A stretch of DNA of 32,000 nucleotides from an uncultured Actinomycetes bacterium (GCA_963843975.1 CAWJMG010000003.1:840001-872000), one strand, 5' to 3'; shown: positions 1-9,043, counted from the stretch's first letter. Numbers and translations: made by a program. The notes: generated by a model from the sequence alone, not told the origin.

Positions 1-449
1 CCTGCGAGGACCGCGAACTCCACCGGGCCGAGGCCGAGGAGAACCTCGGGCAGCAGGTCGGTGAACTCCGGGTCGAGGCCGACCGTGCGCGGGCGCCGGC
101 GACCTCCGGAGCGCAGCATCTCCCCCAGCAGCTCGGAGACGTCGCGGAAGGCGCGGTACTGCAGGAGCCGGGCGAACAGCAGGTCGCGGGCCTCGAGCAG
201 CGCGAGATCCTCCTCGTCCTCGACCTCGCCCGAGGGCAGCAGGCGGGCCGCTTTGAGGTCGAGCAGGGTCGCGGCGACCACGAGGAACTCGGTGGCCTCG
301 TCGAGGTCCCACTCCGGGCCGCGGGCGCGGATGTGCGCGAGGAAGTCGTCGATGACGGTGTGCAGGGCCAGCACCGTGACGTCGAGCTTGTGCTTGGCGA
401 TGAGCGAGAGGAGCAGGTCGAACGGCCCCTCGAACTCGTCGAGGCGCAC
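1..449 (-). CDS. scpA: Segregation and condensation protein A (ScpA); C-terminal part runs off the left window edge
   Basis: Minus-strand translation reads VRLDEFEGPFDLLLSLIAKHKLDVTVLALHTVIDDFLAHIRARGPEWDLDEATEFLVVAATLLDLKAARLLPSGEVEDEEDLALLEARDLLFARLLQYRAFRDVSELLGEML...DLLPEVLLGLGPVEFAVLA with no stop before position 1. The FEGPxDLLL motif is the ScpA hallmark. It is absent from the ORF track because it is edge-truncated. The start is taken as the in-frame GTG at 449; a longer N-terminus is possible (see findings). Confidence 0.8.
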   Translation of the reverse strand, partial: MRLDEFEGPFDLLLSLIAKHKLDVTVLALHTVIDDFLAHIRARGPEWDLDEATEFLVVAATLLDLKAARLLPSGEVEDEEDLALLEARDLLFARLLQYRAFRDVSELLGEMLRSGGRRRPRTVGLDPEFTDLLPEVLLGLGPVEFAVLA

Positions 450-805
450 CGAGAACCCGTCGCCGGGCTCTCCTCGCCCAACCCCGGCTCGACCGTCGTC
501 GACTCGTCGGCCTCCGCAACCGCAGCGGCGTCCGCCACCTCGGGCACGGCGTCGTCAGGCCTCGCACCCGGGGCGGGCGCAGGCCCGGACGGGTCGGAGG
601 CCAGGACGTCGATCACGCGCGGAAACCTACCTTCCGCGGGGCACGGCCCGGACGCGCGAGCGGCAGCGGCCGCCCGGCGCGTCGCTGAAGCGGCGGCACG
701 ACCTACCTGCTCGTTCGGCTCGGGCGAGAGCCGATGAATCGGTGTGTCGACACATCTACGCCCTCTGACCTGCAACGATGCAGGACAGTGGGCGCGGATG
801 ATGCG

Positions 806-1261
806 TCAGAGGCCGCGCAGCCTGCGGACGAGGATGCTCTCCTCGCCCTTGGCCTCGAGGTCGGCGATCACCACGGCGACGGCCTCGCGGACGATGCGCC
901 CGCGGTCCACCGCCATGCCGTGCTGGGCGCGCAGGGCCAGCTTCGCCTGCTCGAGGGCGACGAGCTCCTCGGGCGAGACGTAGACGGTGATCTTCTCCTC
1001 GTGCCTCTCCCGGCCGGTGGGGCGGACGTCGCCGGCGCGCGCCCTGCGCTTGGGCGTGGACCGCACGCGAGTCGGGGCAGAGGCCGTCGCGGGTGCGGAG
1101 TCCTCCACGGCCTCGAGGCGCGGCTCGGCCGGAGCCGGCGCCGCCGCCAGCGCCACCGCAGCGGCCGGCTCGGGTGCCGGTGCCGACGCGGGCTGGTCGG
1201 CCCCGTCGGAGGTGCGCCGGAAGAGCTCATCGGCTCCGGGCAGCGTCGCTCGTCGGCTCAT
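806..1261 (-). CDS. Hypothetical 151-aa protein with an Ala/Pro-rich disordered N-terminus and a C-terminal ribbon-helix-helix-like segment; candidate partner of the upstream ParA-like ATPase
   Basis: ORF track 806..1261. Its ATG overlaps the parA-like stop (ATGA, 1258-1261). The C-terminal segment KITVYVSPEELVALEQAKLALRAQHGMAVDRGRIVREAVAVV has a beta-strand plus two-helix pattern like RHH/ParG/CopG DNA binders. GC3 is high. Confidence 0.6.
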   Translation of the reverse strand: MSRRATLPGADELFRRTSDGADQPASAPAPEPAAAVALAAAPAPAEPRLEAVEDSAPATASAPTRVRSTPKRRARAGDVRPTGRERHEEKITVYVSPEELVALEQAKLALRAQHGMAVDRGRIVREAVAVVIADLEAKGEESILVRRLRGL

Positions 1262-2208
1262 GGGGCCAGCACCTCCCGGGCGAGCTGGCGGTACGCCGTG
1301 GCGCCCGTCGAGCTCGACGCGTACGTCGTGATCGGCTCGCCCGCCACGGTGGTCTCGGGGAAGCGCACGGTGCGGGCGATCACCGTGTGGAAGACCTTGT
1401 CGTCGAACGCCTCCACCACACGGGCCAGGACCTCCCGGCTGTGCAGTGTCCGACTGTCGTACATCGTGGCCAGAATTCCCTCAACCTCAAGTCGAGGGTT
1501 AATGCGTTCCTGAACCCGATAGATGGTGTCCATGAGGAGGGCGACGCCGCGCAGGGCGAAGAACTCGCACTCCAGCGGGATGATGACGCCGTCGGCTGCC
1601 GCCAGGGCGTTCACCGTCAGCAGGCCCAACGAGGGCTGGCAGTCGATGAGGACGATGTCGTACTCCCCCAGCACCGGGGCAAGGACCCGGGCGAGGGTCT
1701 GCTCGCGGGCGACCTCGGAGACCAGCTGGACCTCGGCGGCGGACAGGTCGATGTTGCCCGGAAGCAGGTCGAGGCCGGGGACCGAGGTCTTGAGCAGGAC
1801 GTCCTCGATCGAGACGTCGCGCTGCATGAGCAGGTTGTAGACCGTCAGGTCGAGCTCGTGCGGGTTGACCCCCAGGCCGACCGAGAGCGCACCCTGGGGA
1901 TCGAAGTCGACCACCAGCACCCGGCGGCCCGCCTCGGCCAGCGCAGCGCCGAGGTTGATCGTCGTCGTGGTCTTGCCGACGCCGCCCTTCTGGTTGCACA
2001 GGGCGATGACGCGAGCGGGGCCGTGCGACTGGAGCACGGGCGGCTCGGGGAAGATGATCTTGGGGCGCAGCGTGGCGTCGAGCTCGACCACCGCCGGCTC
2101 CGTGGCGGCGGCGAGAGGAGCTGCTCCCCCGCCGGTCGTGCTGGTGTCGTCCGCGGGAGCCGGATCCGGCTCGGTCGCGTTTGTCGACATAGTCACAAGC
2201 AGACTCAT
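1258..2208 (-). CDS. ParA/Soj-family ATPase (chromosome-partitioning-like, Walker A KGGVGKTT)
   Basis: The 316-aa ORF contains ALCNQKGGVGKTTTTINLGAALAEAGRRVLVVDFDPQG, DIVLIDCQPSLG and PLECEFFALRG, typical of ParA/MinD deviant Walker ATPases. It lies between xerD and scpA as in other actinobacteria. The start could be the second ATG at 2190. Confidence 0.9.
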   Translation of the reverse strand: MSLLVTMSTNATEPDPAPADDTSTTGGGAAPLAAATEPAVVELDATLRPKIIFPEPPVLQSHGPARVIALCNQKGGVGKTTTTINLGAALAEAGRRVLVVDFDPQGALSVGLGVNPHELDLTVYNLLMQRDVSIEDVLLKTSVPGLDLLPGNIDLSAAEVQLVSEVAREQTLARVLAPVLGEYDIVLIDCQPSLGLLTVNALAAADGVIIPLECEFFALRGVALLMDTIYRVQERINPRLEVEGILATMYDSRTLHSREVLARVVEAFDDKVFHTVIARTVRFPETTVAGEPITTYASSSTGATAYRQLAREVLAP

Positions 2209-2360
2209 CTCTGTCGCGATAGAGGTCCTGATCGCCTTGGCGATGAGCCGCCACCCTAGGCGCGTCGCGGTGGCCGAAGCAAGGTCGGGGCCTGACCGGT
2301 CCGTCGCACGGGTGACGATGTGCGGCTGCCTCAGGGGCGAAACCGCAGGTCAGAGGCGCC

Positions 2361-3344
2361 TTACGAGCGCGCGCGGGGGTGTGCGAGGGCATAGACCTCG
2401 CGCAGGCGGTCGACCGTGACCAGCGTGTAGATCTGCGTCGTGGTCACCGATGCGTGCCCCAGCAGCTCCTGAACGACACGTACATCGGCCCCTCCGTCGA
2501 GCAGATGCGTGGCGAAGCTGTGCCGCAGCGTGTGCGGCGACACCTCGGCCGTGACCCCGGACCGCTCCACGGCGGCAGCCAGCACGCTCCACGCGCTCTG
2601 CCGCGTCAGGCGGCCTCCCCGGGCGTTCAGGAACAGGCCGGGGTTGCCCTTCCCCGCCGCCACGAGAGCCGGGCGACCCCGCACGAGGTAGGCCTCGACG
2701 GCTGCCACGGCCATCCGTCCGACCGGCACGAGCCGCTCCTTGGACCCCTTGCCCCGCAGCAGCACCGAGGCGGAGTCCAGGTCGAGGTCGTCGACGTCGA
2801 GCCCGACCGCCTCGGAGATGCGCGCGCCGGTGCCGTAGAGCACCTCGATGAGGGCCCGGTCGCGGAGCTCCCGCGGGGCCCCCTCGCCTCCGGCCGCGGC
2901 GAGGATCGCCTCGATCTCGCCGACGGAGATGGCCTTGGGCAGCCGGCGGGTCTGGCTCGGCGGCCGCACCTCCTTGCCCGGGTCGGACGGCGTGAGCCCC
3001 TCCCTCGCCGCGAAGCGGTGGAACCCGCGCACGGCCACGACCGTGCGGCCGGCGCTCGAGGCTGCCAGAGGCGTGTGCTCGGCGTCGCCGCTGCGCAGGG
3101 CGAGCAGGAAGTCGCTGATGTCGGTCTCGGTGACCTGGGACGGCTCGGTGATGCCCTTCGCCGCGGTCCACGCGAGGTAGCGGGTCAGGTCTCGCCGGTA
3201 CGCCGCCAGCGAGTTCGCCGCCAGCCCGCGTTCGACGGCGAGGTGGTCGAGGTACAGCGTCACGGCACGCGCCAGCGCCGACGGCCGCGCAGGCCGGGCC
3301 TCCGTGACGTCGGTGACCTCGTCCGCCGTCTGCTCGTCGCTCAC
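2361..3344 (-). CDS. xerD: Site-specific tyrosine recombinase XerD
   Basis: The ORF carries [39 protein letters not shown], and [37 protein letters not shown] (R..HxxR..Y catalytic set). The ORF is open to 3530, but GTG at 3344 (VSDEQTADE...) gives a normal length of about 327 aa. The start is uncertain. Confidence 0.85.
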   Translation of the reverse strand: MSDEQTADEVTDVTEARPARPSALARAVTLYLDHLAVERGLAANSLAAYRRDLTRYLAWTAAKGITEPSQVTETDISDFLLALRSGDAEHTPLAASSAGRTVVAVRGFHRFAAREGLTPSDPGKEVRPPSQTRRLPKAISVGEIEAILAAAGGEGAPRELRDRALIEVLYGTGARISEAVGLDVDDLDLDSASVLLRGKGSKERLVPVGRMAVAAVEAYLVRGRPALVAAGKGNPGLFLNARGGRLTRQSAWSVLAAAVERSGVTAEVSPHTLRHSFATHLLDGGADVRVVQELLGHASVTTTQIYTLVTVDRLREVYALAHPRARS

Positions 3345-3508
3345 CCTCCGACCGTACCTGACATAACTGACAGCTCCGCGGAGGTCCTGCGTCCCCAGCG
3401 GGCACGTGCCCGCGCGTCGTCCACAGCGGGCCCCGGGCCGCCCTCGACCGCGGACCTGGGTGGCTTGCAGGGTCCGGTCGGCAACCACGCCCGTCCTGAG
3501 GAGCCCCC

Positions 3509-4279
3509 GTGCCCGATCCGACCCCCGCACCCCGTCCCTCCCGCCGCCTGCGTCGGCCGCTGCTGCTGGCCGCGGCCCTCGCCGCCGCCTTCCTGGTCAC
3601 GATCGACGCCGCCTCATATGCCGCCACCGGCTCCGGCCTCGTGCTCGGCCGGATCAACACCGCGTCGGCGCCGACCACCGTCGCCAACGACGCCGCAGGT
3701 CCCGCGCTGCGGCTGATGACCTCGAGCACGGCGTCGGCGCCGTTCACCACCAACGCCACGGGCAAGGTCCTCAACCTCCACGCCGACAAGCTCGACGGCA
3801 TGGACGCGGCCATGATCGTCAGTGCGGCGCGCGCCGGAGTCGACGCGCAGAAGCTCCAGGGCCGCACGGCGACGCAGGTCGCGGATCTGGCACCGATCCC
3901 CCGCTTCACCTTCAGCCGCAGCAGCATCCGGCAGACCTCGAACCCCGGCTGGCTCCCGGGAGCGCTGTCCGCCGCCGGTGCCGCACCGGGCGCCTACCGG
4001 CTCACCGGCTCGCTCACGATCCCGTGCGCGCCGGGAAACGTCACGGGCTACCTGCTCGACCTCGCGGTGGTGCGCAGCGCGCTGTCGGTCGTCCCCGTGA
4101 TCGCGCAGCGCCCGATCGCGGCCGCCCTGTGCGGCCAGCCGCTCGCCGTGGACGAACGGCTCGCGCTCACCGCCGACGCACGACTCCTGCTGCGGGTGCA
4201 CGACCTCGACGCCGGCGACCTGGTGGCGCTGCCGCTCGCGTTCGCCCTCGCAGGAGTGCCGATCACGGCCGCCTTGTAG
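3509..4279 (+). CDS. Secreted hypothetical protein (signal peptide; N-terminal tail-fibre-like 'N-x-H/N-ADKLDG' segment)
   Basis: GTG start. The N-terminus [27 protein letters not shown] looks like a signal peptide. It is followed by [57 protein letters not shown], a pattern common in actinobacterial secreted proteins and phage fibre N-termini. GC3 is high throughout. Confidence 0.7.
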   Translation: MPDPTPAPRPSRRLRRPLLLAAALAAAFLVTIDAASYAATGSGLVLGRINTASAPTTVANDAAGPALRLMTSSTASAPFTTNATGKVLNLHADKLDGMDAAMIVSAARAGVDAQKLQGRTATQVADLAPIPRFTFSRSSIRQTSNPGWLPGALSAAGAAPGAYRLTGSLTIPCAPGNVTGYLLDLAVVRSALSVVPVIAQRPIAAALCGQPLAVDERLALTADARLLLRVHDLDAGDLVALPLAFALAGVPITAAL

Positions 4280-4288
4280 GTGGAACGG

Positions 4289-4735
4289 TCACCCGACGCG
4301 AGGCGGCAGCTCGATCGTGGCGTTCGGCAGCATGACGGTCACCGGCTTGCTCCGGTCGATCGAGGCAGGCACGGCTACAGAGCTGGTCGTCGGCACCGAG
4401 TCGGCGCGACAGCTGTTCCCGCCGAGGTTGGTCATCTCGACCACGATCGTCTGCGGCGAGTCCGACCGAGCGGACACTGCGACGTTGGGGCAGTTGGACC
4501 CGCCGCCTGCGACGACCAGCAGAGCGCCGCTCTCGTCCCAGCCGACGCAGGCGCCCAGCTGCGATCCATCGCGATCGGCGCACGCGGTCGCAGCTTCGGC
4601 ACTCGCCCGGATCGTGTACGCAGCTCCCGTCTCCGGAGGATCCACGCCGGTCATCCGCTTCGGCTCGTCGGCCGTGGCGCATCCCGCCAGGATCACGGCT
4701 GCCGCAGCAGCCCCGAGCAGCGCTCCCGCCCTCAT
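4289..4735 (-). CDS. Putative lipoprotein (148 aa)
   Basis: The internal ATG at 4735 gives MRAGALLGAAAAAVILAGC with a lipobox (L-A-G-C). The mature part is Cys-containing and secreted-like. The upstream 50 codons of the ORF-track entry (to 4885) cross the ald terminator and are unlikely to be coding. Confidence 0.65.
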   Translation of the reverse strand: MRAGALLGAAAAAVILAGCATADEPKRMTGVDPPETGAAYTIRASAEAATACADRDGSQLGACVGWDESGALLVVAGGGSNCPNVAVSARSDSPQTIVVEMTNLGGNSCRADSVPTTSSVAVPASIDRSKPVTVMLPNATIELPPRVG

Positions 4736-4839
4736 GCCAGTCCCCCGTCCGTCGCACGTCTCCTGCACCAAGTCTCGGAGGTTGGGCCGACGCCGTCCGT
4801 GGTGTGGCCGGATCGCAACACCGCCGCGTGACCTCACGC

Positions 4840-4879
4840 GACGGATGGGCCGGCTCCCGAAGGAGCCGGCCCATCCGTC
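4840..4879 (-). terminator. Perfect 18-bp stem / 4-nt loop hairpin immediately downstream of ald (no U-tract)
   Basis: GACGGATGGGCCGGCTCC-CGAA-GGAGCCGGCCCATCCGTC, starting 15 nt after the ald stop codon (4894-4896). No T-run follows on either strand, so it is an I-shaped, actinobacterial-style terminator candidate. Confidence 0.55.
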
Positions 4880-4893
4880 ATGCATGCGGTGCC

Positions 4894-6013
4894 TCAGGCA
4901 AGGACCGACTCCAGCGTGGTCGCGGGGAGGTCGGGGAATGCCTCAGCCACGGCGCCGTAGGTGATCTGGCCCGCGTGGGTGTTGAGGCCGAGCGCGAGCG
5001 ACCTGTCGTCGGCGAGCGCCTGCTTCCAGCCCTTGTTCGCGAGCGCGACGGCGTACGGCAGCGTCACGTTGGTGAGCGCGTACGTCGAGGTGTTCGGCAC
5101 CGCTCCCGGCATGTTCGCGACGCAGTAGAACACCGAGTTGTGCACGGTGTACGTCGGGTCGGCGTGCGTGGTCGGACGCGAGTCCTCGAAGCAGCCGCCC
5201 TGGTCGATCGCGATGTCGACGAGCACCGAGCCCGGCTTCATGCGCGAGACCAGCTCGTTGGTGATCAGCTTCGGGGCCTTGGCACCCGGCACCAGCACGG
5301 CGCCGATCACCATGTCGGCGTCGAGCACCGCGCGCTCGATCTCGAAGGAGTTCGAGGCGATGGTCTGCACGTGGCCCTGGTAGATCGCGTCCATCTGGCG
5401 CAGGCGGGCGATGTTCAGGTCGAGGAGGAGCACCTCGGCCTGCATGCCGAGCGCGATCGCCGCGGCGTTCTGGCCGGAGACGCCGCCGCCGAGGACGACG
5501 ACCTTCGCGGCGTACGTGCCGGAGACGCCTCCCATGAGCACGCCGCGGCCGCCGTTGGCGCGCATGAGCGCGTGGGCGCCGACCTGCGGGGCGAGCCGGC
5601 CGGCCACCTCGGACATCGGGGCGAGCAGCGGGAGCGAGCGGTCGGGCAGCTCGACGGTCTCGTAGGCGATGGCGGTGACGCCGTTGTTGATGAGCGCCTC
5701 GGTGCAGGCGCGGCCCGCGGCGAGGTGCAGGTAGGTGAAGAGGGTCTGGCCCGAGCGCATGCGGTGGTACTCCTCCGCGATCGGGCTCCTTCACCTTGAG
5801 GATGAGGTCGCCCGTGGCCCAGACGTCGTCGGCCGTGGGGAGGATCGTCGCGCCCGCGGCGACGTACTCGTCGTTGGTGATCGAGGAGCCGACGCCGGCG
5901 TCGTGCTCGATGGAGACCTCGTGGCCGTTCTTCACGAGCTCGAACACGCCCGCCGGGGTGATGGCGACGCGGTACTCGTGGTTCTTGACCTCGCGCGGGA
6001 TGCCGACCTTCAC
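4894..6013 (-). pseudogene. ald: L-alanine dehydrogenase, reading frame broken by a 1-nt insertion near 5782
   Basis: The N-terminal part runs from GTG 6013 (a GGAGG sits 7 nt upstream): VKVGIPREVKNHEYRVAITPAGVFELVKNGHEVSIEHDAGVGSSITNDEYVAAGATILPTADDVWATGDLILKVKEP. The C-terminal part is in the -1-shifted frame: (IAEEYHR)MRSGQTLFTYLHLAAG...VVVLGGGVSGQNAA...[10 protein letters not shown]...ESVLA*. The total length of 1120 nt is 373 codons plus 1 nt. The junction GAGCCCGATCGC becomes in-frame as GAG CCG ATC GCG. Confidence 0.9.
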
Positions 6014-6101
6014 GAGACTGCCTCCAGGAACCGTAGGGGTGCTTGTCGAGAATGGTGAACCCAGGCCGCGCGATCGGGTAGTGATACCGCAGCACGTTCG
6101 G

Positions 6102-6107
6102 TAGAAT
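6102..6107 (+). promoter_or_regulatory. Candidate -10 hexamer TAGAAT for the Lrp/AsnC gene, 6 nt before its ATG (leaderless-type layout)
   Basis: The sequence is GGTAGAATGCCCCCATG with no Shine-Dalgarno between the hexamer and ATG 6114. It lies in the 100-bp ald/lrp divergent intergenic region. Confidence 0.4.
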
Positions 6108-6113
6108 GCCCCC

Positions 6114-6629
6114 ATGTCTGCACCACGTTCGCCAAAGCGCAGAACGCCCACCGCCGCCCCGAATCCGGTGCAGAAGCCGCTGGACGCCGTCGACCGCGAG
6201 ATCCTCACCGAGCTCGTCCGCGACGGCCGCCTGCCCAACAACGTGCTCGCCGAGCGCCTCGGCATCGCGCCGTCGACGGCTCTGCTCCGGACGCAGAACC
6301 TCGTGAAGCGCGGCGTCATCCGCGGCTTCCGCGCCGACGTCGACCACGCACGCGTGGGCGCCGGCCTGCAGGCCATGGTGTCGGTGCGGGTGCGTCCCGG
6401 TGCCCGCGGCAGCCTCATGGAGTTCGGCAAGCGCCTGGCCCAGGAGCCCGGCGTGCTCAACGTCTACTTCGTCGCGGGTGCTTTCGACTTCCTCGTGCAC
6501 GTGGCGGCGTCCGACACCGAGGGGCTGCGCAACTTCGTCACGCAGAACCTGTCGTCGCGGCCCGAGACCGAGTCGACCCAGACCAGCCTGGTGTTCGAGC
6601 ACTTCCCCGGCGCAGGCATCCCGCTGTAG
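6114..6629 (+). CDS. Lrp/AsnC-family transcriptional regulator, divergent from ald (AldR-like arrangement)
   Basis: The 171-aa ORF has an HTH (LDAVDREILTELVRDGRLPNNVLAERLGIAPSTALLRTQNLVKRGVIRGF) and a C-terminal RAM/AsnC-type ligand domain (VSVRVRPG...VYFVAGAFDFLVHVAASDTEGLRNFV). Confidence 0.85.
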   Translation: MSAPRSPKRRTPTAAPNPVQKPLDAVDREILTELVRDGRLPNNVLAERLGIAPSTALLRTQNLVKRGVIRGFRADVDHARVGAGLQAMVSVRVRPGARGSLMEFGKRLAQEPGVLNVYFVAGAFDFLVHVAASDTEGLRNFVTQNLSSRPETESTQTSLVFEHFPGAGIPL

Positions 6630-6638
6630 CGCAGGCGA

Positions 6639-7358
6639 TCAGGACGACGGCGGCGTGCCATAGATGCGCGCGCGGCCCGACCCGGCGACGCGCTCGCGCT
6701 GGGGCCAGGGCGCCTCCGCCGGTCGAAGCGTCGTCCATCCGGCAGCACGGGACGCGAGGGCGGCCAGCGTCGCCGCGACCGTGAGCGGTGCGGTGAGCCG
6801 ACCGGCGAGCACGCCGAGCGTCGCCTCCTCGAGCGGCACCCACGACACCGGGAGGTCGCGCTCCTCGCCGTCGCCGGGAGGACGCCCACCGGGTGCCGGC
6901 GAGAGACCGCGCGCGAGGTAGCAGCGGATGGTCTCGCTCGAGCCGCCGGGAGAGTTCTCGAGGTCGACGAGCACGTCCCACTGCGAGGCGACCAGGCCCG
7001 CCTCCTCGACGAGCTCGCGCGCCGCCCCGACCTGCGGCGACTCGTCGGCGACGTCGAGCAGCCCGGCGACCGGCTCCCACAGCGACATGCCGACGGGGTG
7101 GCGGTACTGGCGGATGAGCAGCACACGGTCGTGGTCGTCGAGCGCCAGGACGCCGACCGCACCCGGGTGCTGGACGAACTCGCGACGCACGGTCTGCCCG
7201 TCGCCGAGATCGACCGTGTCGCGCCGGAGGTCCCAGACCATGCCGCCGTGCAGAAGCTCGGTGGCGACGATCGTGCGGTCGTCAGCCTCGTCCTGCAGCG
7301 TTGCCGGGTCGCCCGCCCACGTTTGCGCGATGACGTACGGCGGCGGCTCGTGCGTCAC
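6639..7358 (-). CDS. Nudix hydrolase (ADP-ribose pyrophosphatase-like)
   Basis: Nudix box [27 protein letters not shown] start at 7358, 11 nt after the pyrG stop. It sits immediately downstream of pyrG, as in mycobacteria. Confidence 0.85.
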   Translation of the reverse strand: MTHEPPPYVIAQTWAGDPATLQDEADDRTIVATELLHGGMVWDLRRDTVDLGDGQTVRREFVQHPGAVGVLALDDHDRVLLIRQYRHPVGMSLWEPVAGLLDVADESPQVGAARELVEEAGLVASQWDVLVDLENSPGGSSETIRCYLARGLSPAPGGRPPGDGEERDLPVSWVPLEEATLGVLAGRLTAPLTVAATLAALASRAAGWTTLRPAEAPWPQRERVAGSGRARIYGTPPSS

Positions 7359-7368
7359 GTCGCGCGGC

Positions 7369-9029
7369 TCAGGCGTTGACGTCGGTGAGCGACACGGTGA
7401 CGCCGCGACGCGCGTTGGCCGCAGCGATCAGGCCGCGGAACAGCGGGTGCGCCTTGGTCGGGCGCGAGCGCAGCTCGGGGTGGGCCTGGGTGGCGACGTA
7501 GTACGGGTGCACGTCGCGCGGGCAGCTCGACGAACTCGACGAGGCGGCCGTCCGGCGAGGTGCCGGAGAACCACAGCCCCGCCTCCTCGAGCTGGCCGCG
7601 GAAGTCGTTGTTGACCTCGTACCGGTGACGGTGGCGCTCGTCGATGTACGGCTCGCCGTACACCTCGCGCACGATGGAGTCGTCGGCGAGCTTGGCCGGG
7701 TACAGGCCGAGGCGCATGGTGCCGCCCATGTCGCGCTCGCCCGCGACGACGTCGCGCTGGTCGGCCATCGTGGAGATGACGGGGTACGGCGTCGCCTCGT
7801 CGAACTCGGTCGAGCCGGCGTTCTCGAGGCCGCACATCGTGCGGGCGTACTCGATCACCATGCACTGCAGCCCGAGGCAGAGGCCGAGGGTCGGGATGCC
7901 GCGCTCGCGGGCGAAGCGCAGCGCTGCGAGCTTGCCCTCGATGCCGCGCACACCGAAGCCGCCCGGCACGCACACCGCGTCGACGTCGCCGAGCAGCCGC
8001 TCGGCACCCTCGGCGGTGACGCAGTCGTCGGAGGTGACCCATCGGATGTTCACGCGGGTGTCGTTGGCGAAGCCGCCGGCGCGCAGGGCCTCGGTGACCG
8101 ACAGGTAGGCGTCGGGCAGGTCGACGTACTTGCCGACGAGAGCGACGGTGACCTCGTGCGCGGGGTGGTGGACGCGGCGCAGCAGCTGGTCCCACGCGGT
8201 CCAGTCGACGTCGCGGAACGGCAGGTCGAGGCGGCGCACGACGTAGGCGTCGAGGCCCTCGCTGTGCAGCACCTTCGGGATGTCGTAGATGCTCGGCGCG
8301 TCGACCGCGGCCACGACGGCCTCGACGTCGACGTCGCACATGAGCGAGATCTTGCGCTTGATGCTCGGCGGGCACCTCGCGGTCGGCGCGCAGCACGATC
8401 GCGTCGGGCTGGATGCCGATGTTGCGCAGCGCGGCCACCGAGTGCTGGGTGGGCTTGGTCTTCAGCTCGCCCGACGGCCCGATGTAGGGCAGCAGCGAGA
8501 CGTGCAGGAAGAAGACGTTGTCGCGGCCGATCTCGTGGCGGATCTGGCGGATCGCCTCGAGGAACGGCAGGGACTCGATGTCGCCGACGGTGCCGCCGAC
8601 CTCGGTGATGACGACGTCGACCTCGGGCCCGGCCATGCGCCGGATGCGCGACTTGATCTCGTTCGTGATGTGCGGGATGACCTGCACCGTGTCGCCGAGG
8701 TACTCGCCGCGGCGCTCCTTGGCGATCACCTGCGAGTAGACCTGGCCGGTCGTGACGTTGGCCGACCCGTGCAGGTCGACGTCGAGGAAGCGCTCGTAGT
8801 GGCCGACGTCGAGGTCGGTCTCCGCGCCGTCGTTGGTGACGAACACCTCACCGTGCTGGAAGGGGTTCATCGTGCCTGGATCGACGTTGAGGTACGGATC
8901 CAGCTTCTGCATCGTCACGCGGAGACCGCGCGACTTCAGGAGGTTCCCGAGCGAGGAGGCCGTGAGCCCCTTGCCGAGAGAGGAGGCGACGCCGCCGGTT
9001 ACGAAGAGGTGCTTAGTCGTGTGGCCCAC
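7369..9029 (-). pseudogene. pyrG: CTP synthase, reading frame broken by two 1-nt insertions (near 8371 and near 7521)
   Basis: Three consecutive frames together give a full PyrG. Segment 1: [28 protein letters not shown]...[20 protein letters not shown]. Segment 2: (PSIKRKISL)[25 protein letters not shown]...GLCLGLQCM...[11 protein letters not shown]...LVEFVELP. Segment 3: [49 protein letters not shown]. The length of 1661 nt is 553 codons plus 2 nt. Both junctions read CCCG where CCG restores the frame. Confidence 0.9.
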
Positions 9030-9043
9030 GGGGGTCCAGGCTA

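Noticed and set aside
2361-3344. Tyrosine recombinase as a marker of an integrated mobile element
   Set aside because: The sequence and synteny (pyrG-nudix-xerD ... parA-scpA) identify it as the chromosomal dimer-resolution recombinase XerD. No flanking att-like repeats, tRNA or phage/plasmid genes are present.
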